64,000 nt of DNA from Botryllus schlosseri (taxonomy: Eukaryota): positions 7,192,001-7,256,000 of the forward strand of contig CM119384.1 in assembly GCA_051294905.1 (NCBI GenBank). Reading direction: 5' to 3'. The notes below the pieces were generated by a model. That model worked only from the letters and a program-made list of their open reading frames with translations, ran no database searches and was not told the origin of the DNA. Positions 13,779 to 25,252 of this stretch are shown in pieces (the stretch's first letter is position 1; the number at the start of each line of letters is the position of its first letter). The translations under genes were made by a program, and so were the position numbers.

Positions 13779-16700
13779 TCACTTTCGCCGTCCATGCGCA
13801 TTTTTACTACTCGGAGTGTTGCCTTTCTTGGGAGTAGATTCATCATCCGTTTTCTTATTCGCTTGACCGAGTTCCACTTTTCTCACTCTTTGAGCGAAAG
13901 ACAGCGAGCATATCGTCTCGCTAACATTTTTCTCCACCGGCGCAACCTGGACTACCATCAAGGTTTTGCTGTCCTTACTCAACGAGTCTTGTAGAAGATA
14001 AGTGAGCTTGGAATTACGGAATGGAACGTGAGATTGCTTAGCGCCAAGTGCTTGAATGACATCTCCCAAAGCCGACAGGCTTTTATTGATGTTCTGTGCC
14101 TCTTTCAGTCGGTCGCCAGAAGCTCCTGATTTGGAAACTCTCTCCGAGCCCGCCAGATCGATAAGATTGAGTTTACCGAACGATTTCGAACCTGTTGTTG
14201 TGTTAATTCCATTCACGTATATCATCAAAACTGCGTGCGACCTCGAGCTGTGTTCGTTCATGTTGGTAGTTGCGGTAGCCCGGTTCTTACGACCCAGCTT
14301 AAATAAATTGTTCACATCTTCCAGATTATGAACCGTTTTCTGCGTCAACCCAGGAACATATAGACTGCCGTCGGCATTCATTTTGATGTCCAGTTTTTCA
14401 TAAGCACTTGAAGACGTAAGCAAATCCTTCAATGTCTCATTGTAAATTTCTATCAAAGACACCGTAATTTCGTAAGTCCAATCGCCCGTCTTTTCTTGCA
14501 TGTCTTTAAAAAGATCGGACAACGCTCTTTGATTGATCCCGGGGTTATCAGCCGTGCCTTCCATTGTGTATGTTTTACCCGATCCGGTTTGGCCATACGC
14601 AAAAATGCATACGTGATATCCATCGATACACGACGTAACTAACGCTTTTACTTCCGAAAAGACTTGGTTTTGCGTGGAGTCGGGTTGAAATACTTTGTCC
14701 AGTTCGAAAAGAGTGCTACGTCCACGTTGTGAATTATGCACGTACATCACCCCGTCGTCGTCACGATCGTATGTGATCGTGTTCTTGGCTTGTGCTCCAG
14801 AGCCGTCTTCTGAAATTGCAGGACGCACGCGAGCAAACACCCTAATGTTTCCTTTTAGCTCCACGAGTTCGTTATGGTATTTTTTACGTAACATCATTTC
14901 TTTCTTGTATCGTCTAATCAGCTCCTTGCTATTCTCGTTAATATCCGATATCGAATCCAGAATTTTTTTCTCCGCTTGTCTTAGAGATTCTTCAATGAGA
15001 ATGGGGAATTGGGCACATTCCTTCTTCAAGTGCTGGTTCTCATTTGAGATTGAACGCAGTGAAGACAACAGATGACGGAGGGAGTAATGCATCTTATGGA
15101 GCTTTGAGCTGTACACACGGATTTCAGAATTGACAGACACGCGCACCTGCTCCATTTCGGTGGAATGGCGTCCGTTCAACTGCACAACTTCGCTCGCATG
15201 AGACGCTGTCAAAGCCGCTATTTGATTTTCCAAAGATTCCAAATGAGCCGACATTTCATTTTGCTTATCGTTAGCATTACCCAGATCTGTCTGGTAAGCT
15301 AGGTTTTGCGATTCAACGGTGCTTATGTTCATTTTTAGAGTCGCGTTTTCCCTTTGGAGTGCCGATAACTCGACTGTTGCGACATCGGACGCGCCGCTGA
15401 GGTCTTGTATTTGAGATTGTAACGCTCTGGTCGCGTTATCCGCCATGAGAAGTTTATGACTCAAGTCATCTTGTTTGCGCTTTTCTCGTGTAACTTGAGA
15501 TTCCAATTCGAGATTTCGAGATTTCAGAAGGGCAATTGAATTCTCTTTACTATCCATCTCAACATGCAATGACTCTATTTTTTTGGCGTTCGAGTCCATT
15601 TTCTCCGATAGATTCCGATTGAAATCTCTCGCTTTCAGCAAATTGTCCTCCGTCCTGTGAACTTTCTTTTCAAGTCTCTCGATAACAGATTCAAATTCTT
15701 GTTTCTGTATTTCGAAAGATTTCTCGGCGTGGCGCAGCTCCTCTTTCAATCCGGTCTCTGTTTGCTTCATTTTGTTTGTTAAAACATTGAAGTCGATCAT
15801 CGCTTCGTCTCTGGCGCGTTTTGAGGATGCCTTCAACTCCTGCAACTCTTGTTCAAGTTCCGACACTTTGCTCTTTTCAGTTTTCAAGCTCTTCTTTCCT
15901 TTCTCCACATTTTTCTTCTCTTTATTCAGCTCCGTCTCTTTGTGTCGCAGTTCGCAACGGAGGTTTGCTTCTTCCTCAAGGTGAGACGAATTTTTCTCGT
16001 CCAATTCCGCCCTCACAGTCTGGATTTCTTGTTCCGCGGAACCCAAATTATTCTTCAGTCTAGATATTTCATCATTTCTGCACCGTAACAATCTTTCCTT
16101 GTCATTTATGACCTTCTCCAAATTTACTATCTTATCTTTAGCAGAGCCAATTTCAGATTGCTGTTGAGTTGATTCTACTTCTATCACAGACTCGACAGTT
16201 TTCGTAACAACAACGGGAGGTCTATTTTCCAATTCGATTAAATCAGACGACTTCTTGTCCAAGTCCGACTTCAGACGCTCCATTTCAAGACGCATTTTTT
16301 TTTCATTGGATTTCCGCTCCTTCTCCATTCCTTTGATTTTCATTTCCAGTCGATCTAATTCATCCGAGAGCAAATCCTTATTTTCTCTCTCAGCGACAAG
16401 CTCTTTATTTCTATCTTCAAGTACGATTTTTACCTCTGATAACTCCTCTTTCAATCGTTTGACAAACCCATCGTCCAACGATGAAATTGTGGTTTTGGGA
16501 ACGTCGGGTTTCTGAATCGGGTTTTCATGAAGTTTTTGTAATTCCGACGATTTTTGCTCCAGGTTCTGTTCGAGATTGATGATTTTTTCGTTCAAACCAA
16601 ATTTTTCGTTTTGAAACGATTTAAGATTGTCAATTAGTTTTTGAACGCTGGATGTTTGAGGTATTTTTTCGATCGTCGGTTTGATTGGATTCCCTTTCAA

Positions 16701-17192
16701 AGTGTCTTCAAGCTCTCTGATTTTCATTTCATTTTCAAAAATGATGTCTTCCAAATTTACAATCAAATTATCCTTATCTTTCATGACATCTCTTTGTGCT
16801 TTTTTGAGTATTTTGATGTGCCGTTGGTATTTCAATTCTTCTCTTTGAAGGCGAGAACTTAGGATTCGCATGTCATCAGACAATTCCTTATTCCGCACTA
16901 ATAAATTATCCCTGTCCTTTTGCAACGAGGCATGTTCGGCTTTGGTTGGACCATCAATCATCTTCATTAAAGTATCGTCATCGTCACTGAAAGTAACACT
17001 GCTATCAGAGTCAGTCTCAGATTTAAAATCATCCACTTGATCCAGCCCAAGCTCTTCCATCAATAGTTGACTTTTCGATGGTGATGGTTTTGGACGGTCT
17101 AGTATGAGTTGAGGCTTTTTGTTGGCTTGCGATGTATCAACAAGTCTTTTAGGATAATTGAATTTGGGCTGAGATCTGGACAGTGCATCCAT
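13779..17192 (-). CDS. KIFC3: Kinesin-14 (KIFC3-like) C-terminal motor protein, intronless, 1137 aa
   Basis: Long coiled coil followed by ELKGNIRVFARVRP, P-loop YGQTGSGKT, switch I NEHSSRSH and switch II LIDLAGSER in one uninterrupted ORF. Confidence 0.92.
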   Translation of the reverse strand: MDALSRSQPKFNYPKRLVDTSQANKKPQLILDRPKPSPSKSQLLMEELGLDQVDDFKSETDSDSSVTFSDDDDTLMKMIDGPTKAEHASLQKDRDNLLVRNKELSDDMRILSSRLQREELKYQRHIKILKKAQRDVMKDKDNLIVNLEDIIFENEMKIRELEDTLKGNPIKPTIEKIPQTSSVQKLIDNLKSFQNEKFGLNEKIINLEQNLEQKSSELQKLHENPIQKPDVPKTTISSLDDGFVKRLKEELSEVKIVLEDRNKELVAERENKDLLSDELDRLEMKIKGMEKERKSNEKKMRLEMERLKSDLDKKSSDLIELENRPPVVVTKTVESVIEVESTQQQSEIGSAKDKIVNLEKVINDKERLLRCRNDEISRLKNNLGSAEQEIQTVRAELDEKNSSHLEEEANLRCELRHKETELNKEKKNVEKGKKSLKTEKSKVSELEQELQELKASSKRARDEAMIDFNVLTNKMKQTETGLKEELRHAEKSFEIQKQEFESVIERLEKKVHRTEDNLLKARDFNRNLSEKMDSNAKKIESLHVEMDSKENSIALLKSRNLELESQVTREKRKQDDLSHKLLMADNATRALQSQIQDLSGASDVATVELSALQRENATLKMNISTVESQNLAYQTDLGNANDKQNEMSAHLESLENQIAALTASHASEVVQLNGRHSTEMEQVRVSVNSEIRVYSSKLHKMHYSLRHLLSSLRSISNENQHLKKECAQFPILIEESLRQAEKKILDSISDINENSKELIRRYKKEMMLRKKYHNELVELKGNIRVFARVRPAISEDGSGAQAKNTITYDRDDDGVMYVHNSQRGRSTLFELDKVFQPDSTQNQVFSEVKALVTSCIDGYHVCIFAYGQTGSGKTYTMEGTADNPGINQRALSDLFKDMQEKTGDWTYEITVSLIEIYNETLKDLLTSSSAYEKLDIKMNADGSLYVPGLTQKTVHNLEDVNNLFKLGRKNRATATTNMNEHSSRSHAVLMIYVNGINTTTGSKSFGKLNLIDLAGSERVSKSGASGDRLKEAQNINKSLSALGDVIQALGAKQSHVPFRNSKLTYLLQDSLSKDSKTLMVVQVAPVEKNVSETICSLSFAQRVRKVELGQANKKTDDESTPKKGNTPSSKNAHGRRK

Positions 17193-17738
17193 TTTATATT
17201 ATTGAGGCTGGACTGGCAGGTCACTGTCACACAAACTTGGGGTATACCGTATCGTATACTACTGGTGCCTGGTGGTAGAGATCAGCGGTCTACTCTTCTT
17301 GCCAAATTACAAAGCGATCTTCTTGAGCGAGAGCGAAAACCAACAGAATAGAATCGGCAACCGTAGACTGCTTCAGAATCACGATCCTAGTTGCATCTAA
17401 CCGGCTATACACCTCCGTCACATAGATTGAACGCCGAAAGAAGTACGATGTTTATGTCTTTATTTACACCAGGAATCATCACTACCATCATTCTGGCAGA
17501 AAATGTTTCAATGATGTAATAAAAGTCAGTATGCACAAATGCACTTGCACATGCACTATGCATCCGATACAGGCACTACAAAAGAAATCAATTTATATTA
17601 TAGATTTATTACTGTTATGATCCCTTATATTGTATAACATTAGCGATTACTGGTAATAATGTACAATTGTATTTCTAGAGCTTCTTGGAGGTACAGAACT
17701 TCAATATACAATTAAATAGTATATTCATATTGAAATGA

Positions 17739-17772
17739 ACCCGAATATTTTCGGCTGACACTCGTCAGGGGT
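17739..17772 (-). ncRNA. Minimal type I hammerhead ribozyme (PLE-associated)
   Basis: Minus strand reads ACCC-CTGACGA-G-TGTCAGC-C-GAAA-ATAT-TC-GGGT: intact core, 4-bp stem I, palindromic AATATT stem III. Confidence 0.7.
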
Positions 17773-18804
17773 AATGATTTTTACAACAACACAACTGCTC
17801 CCTTCAACACGCAAAGACGTGCTTCCTGCACTTCAACAAAGTAATGTAGTGTACGAATATAGGTGCCACTGTAGAGATTGTAGGATGGAGTGACGACTGA
17901 TTTAAATGCCTAATTAGTATTCATCCGCGACATATTTTGTTTGCGTGATTTTTCAGCAATTATCTCGTAAAAATGGATATTTATGGTATTATTGCCCATA
18001 ATACTACAAATATGAGATATTATACCGGTATTAGTGCATTGATATACCGAAATATCTATATAAGTTGAACTACTCTATTTACACTACGCGCAATAATATT
18101 TTCAACTCCCTTTAGATTGGTCACGCTCCGCTTTGCGGAGGGAGCTACCCATTGTTACGTGTACCATTAATAATCCCACATGGAATTCAGACGGTGGAAA
18201 GTTGAGTGTTCGGTTGGTTTTATGCATGGTTGTCTATGGGAATGAGTCGGAGTATTGGAGGTTGAATACTTATAACGGACTCTGTGACTAATTGGACGTC
18301 TTAATATGTTTGGCCTGATTAGTGAATATCTTGGATACGTGCGTGAAGGTCTTGCGTTTGTTGCCGTACGAAGCGATGAATATACCGGTATATAATCGCT
18401 GCACAATGCGCACGGTCGGTGAATACCAGCGATGATTTATGATATAATAGCTATTATAGTGGCGTATTATGATTATAGAAGATAACAATAATAGGGCAGG
18501 CGATGAAAATGAAACGGCATTTCGTTGCAGGCGAAGTGGGTATGCCATATCATGGTCCTTCTGGAAGGCGTCATTCAGCAGAATCTGTATGTATTTTAAC
18601 TTGCCGACGAGAAAATATAAGTCACTTACCGTACTATTGGAGGACATTGCTGTGATACTATAGAATTAGCGAGCTATCTTCATTTACTGTTCCGGTATGG
18701 TAGCCTAATTGTTATTTGATTAGCAAAACGGAAATAAAATTCTGAGTATTATGCTTTCACAGAAATTTTGATTCCTTTATAACCGATACTTTTTCGTAAA
18801 AGTT

Positions 18805-20593
18805 ATGGCCGAAGAATCATTGTGGGAGGATTGGGAATCCATCACTGAGGAGGAAATTTCCCAATGCTTTGAAGGATTGGATGAGTGGAGTGGAATAAGT
18901 TGTGACGTCTGTGAAGCCATATTTCCCACCGTAAGGGAACTCAAGAAGCACGGGAAAGTGCATAAGCTCCCGTCACCAACTGAGGAAATTGACATCGACC
19001 GAATAATGGACATTTTGAAAATTGCTTGCCGTAATTGTCATTCTATTTCCAGGTGTGGACCACGATTTGAGGAATTGGATTTGAATCTTATTGTTCCACT
19101 TGTCAAACGCTTGAATGCTGTGTTCTGTGACGTTGGTACTGATGGTATTTATCAATACTACTCCAACATTTGCCAACAGGCAAGCAAACTTCTTGGACTG
19201 CAGCATCAGCTCCTTGCTGTATCTTTGCTTGTGAAGATTGTTGATGCACTGGTTCAAGCTGAGGAAAAAGTTTCCACTGCAAGAATGTCTGGTATCAATA
19301 GCAGGGAATCGGGTATGGTATATTGTGCAATTCTGTTGAATTTTATAGCATACCAATCAATATTCTAGTTCCGTGTGCCGGCCTAGTATTTATTCAATTC
19401 ATTATAGTTGGATGACTTTACAGACATTCTTGAGTACATTGGAGGGGTACTGCTTCATTCACTCTCTACGAAATCACACAAGGCTGTTGCTGCTTGCTTG
19501 TCGGAGGATGCACCAACCGGACAACTGATTCAAATAATGGAAAGAAAGCATCACTGCCTGAAGTACCCATCAGATAAGTTCATTTCTAGTTATGTGGTTT
19601 ATGATTAGAGAAACTGTAAATTCCAGACCAATTGGCATGGGAAATTTGGATTGAATTACATGAATTCATTTACAGTAGGCCTATACAACCAATTTATGTG
19701 AATTTCGTTTGTTAAGCTTGTTTGGCTTGTGACGTCATAATTGGAAATACCAAAAATTCACAGTAATCAGAAATTGTCAAATTTCCACCAGATAACGTGG
19801 AAATTAATTGTTCATTTTTTGTAGCAAGGTAGAATGCACATTGAAAACCATGAATTCATGAAAATGACCTTAAATTTTTTTTCCCCTTTTCAGATATACC
19901 ACATTCCATTTAAGCTGTAGGAAAATGAGAAGCTGCTACTCACAAGCCTCACTAACATGATATAGACTTCAAATGGTTCATTCGGCTCACTTTATATGTT
20001 AGTCAGGCTCTTGAGGAGATTTCCACCAAATTTTAGGGTTATCAAACTATCATAGCAAGATATATTGCTGTTTCACTGCAGATTTGATGAAAATCACTGA
20101 AGCGTGACATGCAAAAAGCATGATTTTGTGAGGAGTGTAACTCGGTCATCAGATTGAATTTGAGAAAAAAAATTTGGATTTCCTCATAATAATAACAGAA
20201 GAATCAATGTGCCAAATTTCATAGCCATCCATTAACCTTGGTGCTCATCTGAAAATAAATTTGCTCATTTGGCAGGAAATTACCCAGGGAGTAATTATGC
20301 GATTTTACTGTTTCCATAGCAGAGAAAGGTTTAAACCTGCCTCGCAAGTTGATTTTCTACAACTAGTTGATGAAATTCACCAGGATCCATGGTATAGAAG
20401 TCTTATTGAAAATGTTGTCATGCAAACAGGTGAATGTGACAGTTATGTGGAAGATGTTCTTGATATGACAATGAAGCATTTGAACAGGATTCTGACGCAT
20501 GGTTTAGTGAAATTTAAATTGAACAGTAAGCTAAAAAATAACTCTAAGTTTTCCAAGGCGTTACGAGATGAGTTGAAGTCCTTGCGTAGTTAG
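18805..20593 (+). CDS. Transposon accessory protein: C2H2 zinc finger plus a region resembling the P-transposase C-terminal domain, about 320 aa
   Basis: Exon about 18805-19312 (CDVC...HGKVH), exon about 19423-19588 (DILEYIGGVLLHSL...LIQIMER...LKYPSDKF), a possible 22-nt micro-exon near 20082, and a last exon to 20593 (ERFK...SKALRDELKSLRS). It lies wholly between the TIRs. Confidence 0.72.
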
Positions 20594-20776
20594 GGAGTTC
20601 TTCTGTAGTTTTCTTTTCCCATTGTAACTGATGCTGCCTATGTACAATGGGTTTCTTTCTACCAAAAAAAGTAAACCAATGCTAAGGCCAAAACCTTGAC
20701 GTGGTGCATTGGCTTGTTGTTTACACTAATATTGGCCGGCAGCCATATATCATGACGGTCCATTATTTGAACAAAT

Positions 20777-23700
20777 TTATTTAGCCTTTCGCTTGCGTCT
20801 GGGTAGTTGATCTTCACAAACAGTAGTCCATGGATTTACTGATCCATGAGCGTAGGTTGTGTTGGCACCCTTAACCATTTTGATGATTTTCCTTTGGCAT
20901 ACAGCTGTGATCGAGTATCCAGCCTGTGCCACATCTGGATTCCTGGAGTATCTCCCTGTCAGCCTCTGAAAAATTTCAATCAAGTTTTTGAATCTTGAAG
21001 CCTATTTAAAATCACTTTTCCTTACCAAGGATCCGAAAGTTGCTTCGAGTACATCTTGTGTCAAGACTTTTAATGCTACCGATTTATGTCCAGCATTAAG
21101 TAACCGAATTACTAGGCGAACCATATTTCTGGTTGTAAACATGAGGCCAATCAGTGTTGGCGTGGCCATTAATCGTTTGTGCTCACCAGGATGTTTTGTG
21201 TGCACCTCATTCTGTGGGGAGATTGTATTACCGGTATAGTTCTTGCTCTGAAGATTTAAAAAAATACCCACCTGCCAATCCTCCAAGTATTTGATGAACA
21301 CATTTTTCAGCCAAAGTAATCTTTCATCAGTTACAGATGAGATGGAGTGAGATGTTACAATGTTAAACCATCGATCGAACAGCAAGACGAACTCTGACGT
21401 CCCAGCGGAATTTGAAATATCGTACACAAGTGACTTCCCAACTTCGTAACTGAGCACATCTTTCGCCAGTGAAACTCTCATCTAAAATTTACAAAGTGGA
21501 ATCGTACAGCAATAATTTTGAAGTTAAGAAGGTAACGAACTTTGCTGTATGAGTCGAGGTCAATATGTGATTTTGTCAACTTATTAGGAAGGTGCAGTGG
21601 TTGTGCCTGATCTTTGTTGAACAATTCGCGCACATGTGTCCAGAGAATATCTTTTCCATCCTTGCAAAAATATTTCGTCCCTCCTGGTTTTGACGAATAC
21701 AATCCATTCCTTGCTGTCTGATGGGAATCAATAGGACCATATCTGTATTTTGTTTATGATATTACAAACTTACTTTCAATAAGTGACTTGTGTCGGAGCA
21801 TAAAAATATTGGCTCGTCGGGTAAACTGGGATGTGGGATGGTGTAATTATTGTAGTTTGAGTTACCAATTGCTCCATGCGCCATAGAAAAAAACTTTCGG
21901 TTTGTTGATGCTCCATCAGCCACCACAGCATGGATTCTGACACTGCGGAATTCGCATGCCATGAATGCCTCCCAGAACATTGAAGTCAATTGTGCCGCTG
22001 GAGTGGCCTTTGTCGGGTACCAAGATACAGGCATTGATATTGTTCGGTCGAACGATCTTACGTAAAACACTGAAATGAATATCAAAGCTTGAATTGTAAG
22101 GGTCAATCTTGTAGCTAAAGTAAAATGAGCCTACTGTATATATGTGTTGCAATATCCTCGGGAGAATGTCGATCACCATGATCTACATATCCCAATATCC
22201 TGCCATCCTGATATACTAGGTTTTCTCTCACTAAATGAAGCATTTGTTTAGCCTGTCAGTTTGTATAAATGTAACATACGCTTAACGTACCTTTCATTTC
22301 GTCAACCACCAAATATGCATTGATAGTTTTTGTCAATTTTTCTAATTGCAGGAGTGTGGACTCACAAACTCCAGCATTAGAAGATGCAAAATTCCTGAAC
22401 ATATCAAGCAATGCTGAAAAGTTCCAATATTACAAGCATGGTGAAGATTCTGTATAGGTGTACCTATATTGCCTCAGAACACCAGAAGAAGGAAGCGATA
22501 AAACTCCGGTTTGTCGGAGCATTTGGTATCCCGCAGGTGATCTTGCGTACAATTCTAGTGCCCACCTAATCACGTCTGGATGATATCGTCTAGCGTTAGG
22601 ATGCCTCTCTGCATTTGAGCACTGCTCTTGAAAAAACATTCTTTGCCACTCGTTCATGTTATCCGATTCCTCATTCATCATTGCCTGCGAGTCATAAATG
22701 AATTGAACTATGAACTTCATTAATCACGAGATGACTCTCGCAACCATAATTTCCATGTGGAGGTCTTCCTGCACTGTGAGCCTCTCATCTTTTTCTAAGA
22801 GTTCCAACTTTTTTTTGCTACAGTACTTCCTGTTATATCTCGCTTTTATGTCGTGTTTGGCACAGTTTGTGCATACTGAATCGGGATCCCAAACTAAATA
22901 CATACCGCATCACTTGAAAATAGATTCAAACAATTGAACTGCAATGGTTACCTGTTATAATGCAATTTTTAGCTCGTGAAAATGTTTTTTCCACTTTCAA
23001 CTGGTCCGACTCCCATTTCATAATTATATGCTCCTTTGTATGCTTTGTCACTTCCTGAACTCCGGTGCAAAGTCTTACTTCATCAAGCTTTTCTATAAAT
23101 AACTCGTATTATGCGAGTTTTCTAATATATTGGTAATTTATAGGTAACCTAAGACGTTATGAAGGGTTGAATGTTTCAGATCGATATGAAGAAGCTGGTC
23201 CGTACAGAATTTCCAGCCGTGAAGAGCTGCTGATTCAATGGATAGAGTGCTGGAAATCACTACCCTGTTCAAAATGAATATAATTTCATGCGTGCCACAA
23301 TCAATATAATGAAATTAACATTAACTTAACCTGATTATTGGCACTATGTCATCTTCCATACCATGCTTCTCAATGTGCAGTCTACCTTTCAGTTCATAGA
23401 ATGCCCAGTTACCTTAAATGAAGAAGCAATATATAGCTATTTAATCTACCCGTGATATCAAACCATCAGGCCTGCTATACCCCAAATTTTGCTGTTCAAA
23501 TTAGAAGCTGATTGTACCAAATCTGGAATATTTTTGTGCCTCACTGTCTCTGGCAACTCTTTTCTTGGAAAAGGTATCTTCCTTTCTTTCTATATGAATA
23601 AATATATCAATTGGAATCGTTTGGTGCATTGGTTTCTTGATTTGAGTGAGAGATACCCTGCATACCTTTATAATTGTGCTACATCTTTCAGGCAGATTTA

Positions 23701-24056
23701 GCTTAGGCAGAGCTCTCACTTTGAGTTGCTTTCTGGTTTTGAGCTGAATGATGTCGCTCTCCTCAAAATGATTTTCGCAGATTGCGGCTCTATTATAAAT
23801 TACACTGTTAATTCTGTTGAAGTTGAGACAGCTGCTTTACTTACGTCTCCTTATGGAGCAACGTCTTGATACGATCTCCTTTTGAGGGGTCCCTGATGGA
23901 AAGAAGGAGGCTGGCCATTGCTGCGTGCTGCTTCTGGGCCGCTTCATTCCTTAACAGCTCTGGTCTTCGTACCGTGAATAAGGACCTCTTACGAGATTGA
24001 TCACTACGCGGAATGTTCACATATGTACACCCAGGGATAGCGCAGTTTTTGGCCAT
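20777..24056 (-). CDS. THAP-domain P-element (THAP9-like) transposase, 15 exons, roughly 800 aa, apparently intact
   Basis: All exons join in phase with GT-AG introns of about 55-70 nt. THAP (MAKNCAIPGC...ICENHF...LPKLNLP), RYHPDVIRWALELYARSPAGYQMLR...LPS, catalytic VVDEMK, VVADGASTN, DTSHLLKTARN, KMRVSLA, TQDVLEATFG, C-terminal PRRKRKAK. Confidence 0.92.
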
Positions 24057-25218
24057 AATTGCCGCGGCGGATCTATTATTTTTAACTGCTAAAGACGCGA
24101 AATGTACAACGGGATATAAGACAATGCGATGTAGCCTAGTGAACAGAAAAGAAGATGTCAAAACGAACAAGTACAGTCTTCCAATGTAACATAGGCCTAA
24201 TGCCCGATGAAACAGTGTACGATATTGATCTTTTGGATGTAGTGATAATCTTTTCATCGCTCTTTTTCATCCGCTTTCCGTGTAGGCTATTCGTTTTTTT
24301 CATCGGTTGCTTATGCACAGAAAATAGTTTGGGCAGTTTTGTATCGGTATCAGCGGCTTTCAACGGCCACTCAGTTACCGCATAAAGCCTTATCAATTAT
24401 AGCATTGTCTACGAGTTTACGGGATTCGGACATGGTCGGCCGCGGAGAGTTTATCGCTGAATAAGGCATTGCGGGAAATTGATTTTAAACATGTTCTGGG
24501 TGGAGGCCAGTTGTGAAATTTTTATAGTGAGAACATATTGATGCTTCCTCGTAACATGCCAAATTTGAAACGTCTAGCTAGAATATTTCCACCCTTTTTC
24601 GGCGGTCAAATTCGTCCATGTATTTCCGAAATCGCCTATACTTTTACATGTAAAATAGGACAATCGGACTCTCGCGAATGGAATTTTACTCCGCAAAGTC
24701 AAGCGTGACGAATCTAAACTTAGAACAATGGGTCGTCGCTCCATCCTATAATCTCTATAGTGCCACTGTGATTGTGGCTACGTGGGAAGAACGTCACGAC
24801 GTCTGCAGGACCGCATAAACCAACATGTCCCCAGATTTATCAGAACACGTGCGTCACGCGATGTGAAAAGCTCACCCTTAACTCATCCACTCAAGATTGA
24901 TGCTGACCGATCAAAGGCCATTAATTCTGCCATCGGCAAACATCTGTTGGATAATCCGATTTGTGCGAATAATTATCGAGACGACCGATTTCGAATCGTA
25001 GGTCGAGGCCGTTCACAATTCCATTTGTGTGCCTTGGAATCAACTTTTATCAAAATACACCAACCAAAACTCTGTCAACAAAAGGAGTTCGTGTATCACC
25101 TAAAAATAGTACATTGAACGCTCTCTCATTCGAAATTTCATGCTGGTGACGTCATATTTTGTGATACGATTGTTGATATACAATGTTCTTTCCAATTCTC
25201 TACTAGTTGCTGACGATT

Positions 25219-25252
25219 ACCCCTGACGAGTGTCAGCCGAAAATATTCGGGT
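25219..25252 (+). ncRNA. Minimal type I hammerhead ribozyme in the PLE 3' end
   Basis: ACCC CTGACGA G TGTCAGC C GAAA ATAT TC GGGT; predicted cleavage after C25248. Confidence 0.72.

Larger units (their letters stand above)
17870..24759. mobile_element. P-superfamily DNA transposon, 6,890 bp, two convergent genes
   Basis: 28-bp TIRs (17870-17897 / 24732-24759, 25/28 identical, consensus TATAGAGATTATAGGATGGAGCGACGAC); perfect 7-bp TSD GTGCCAC (17863-17869, 24760-24766); internal 30-bp inverted repeat 18111-18140 / 24689-24718. Confidence 0.92.

Noticed and set aside
14056-16862. Several antisense ORFs over KIFC3
   Set aside because: Shadow frames of a long coiled-coil CDS with no independent motifs.
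18652-18670. GTGATAC|TATAGA as an extra P-type terminus
   Set aside because: Similarity stops after 6 bp and no partner end with the same TSD was found.
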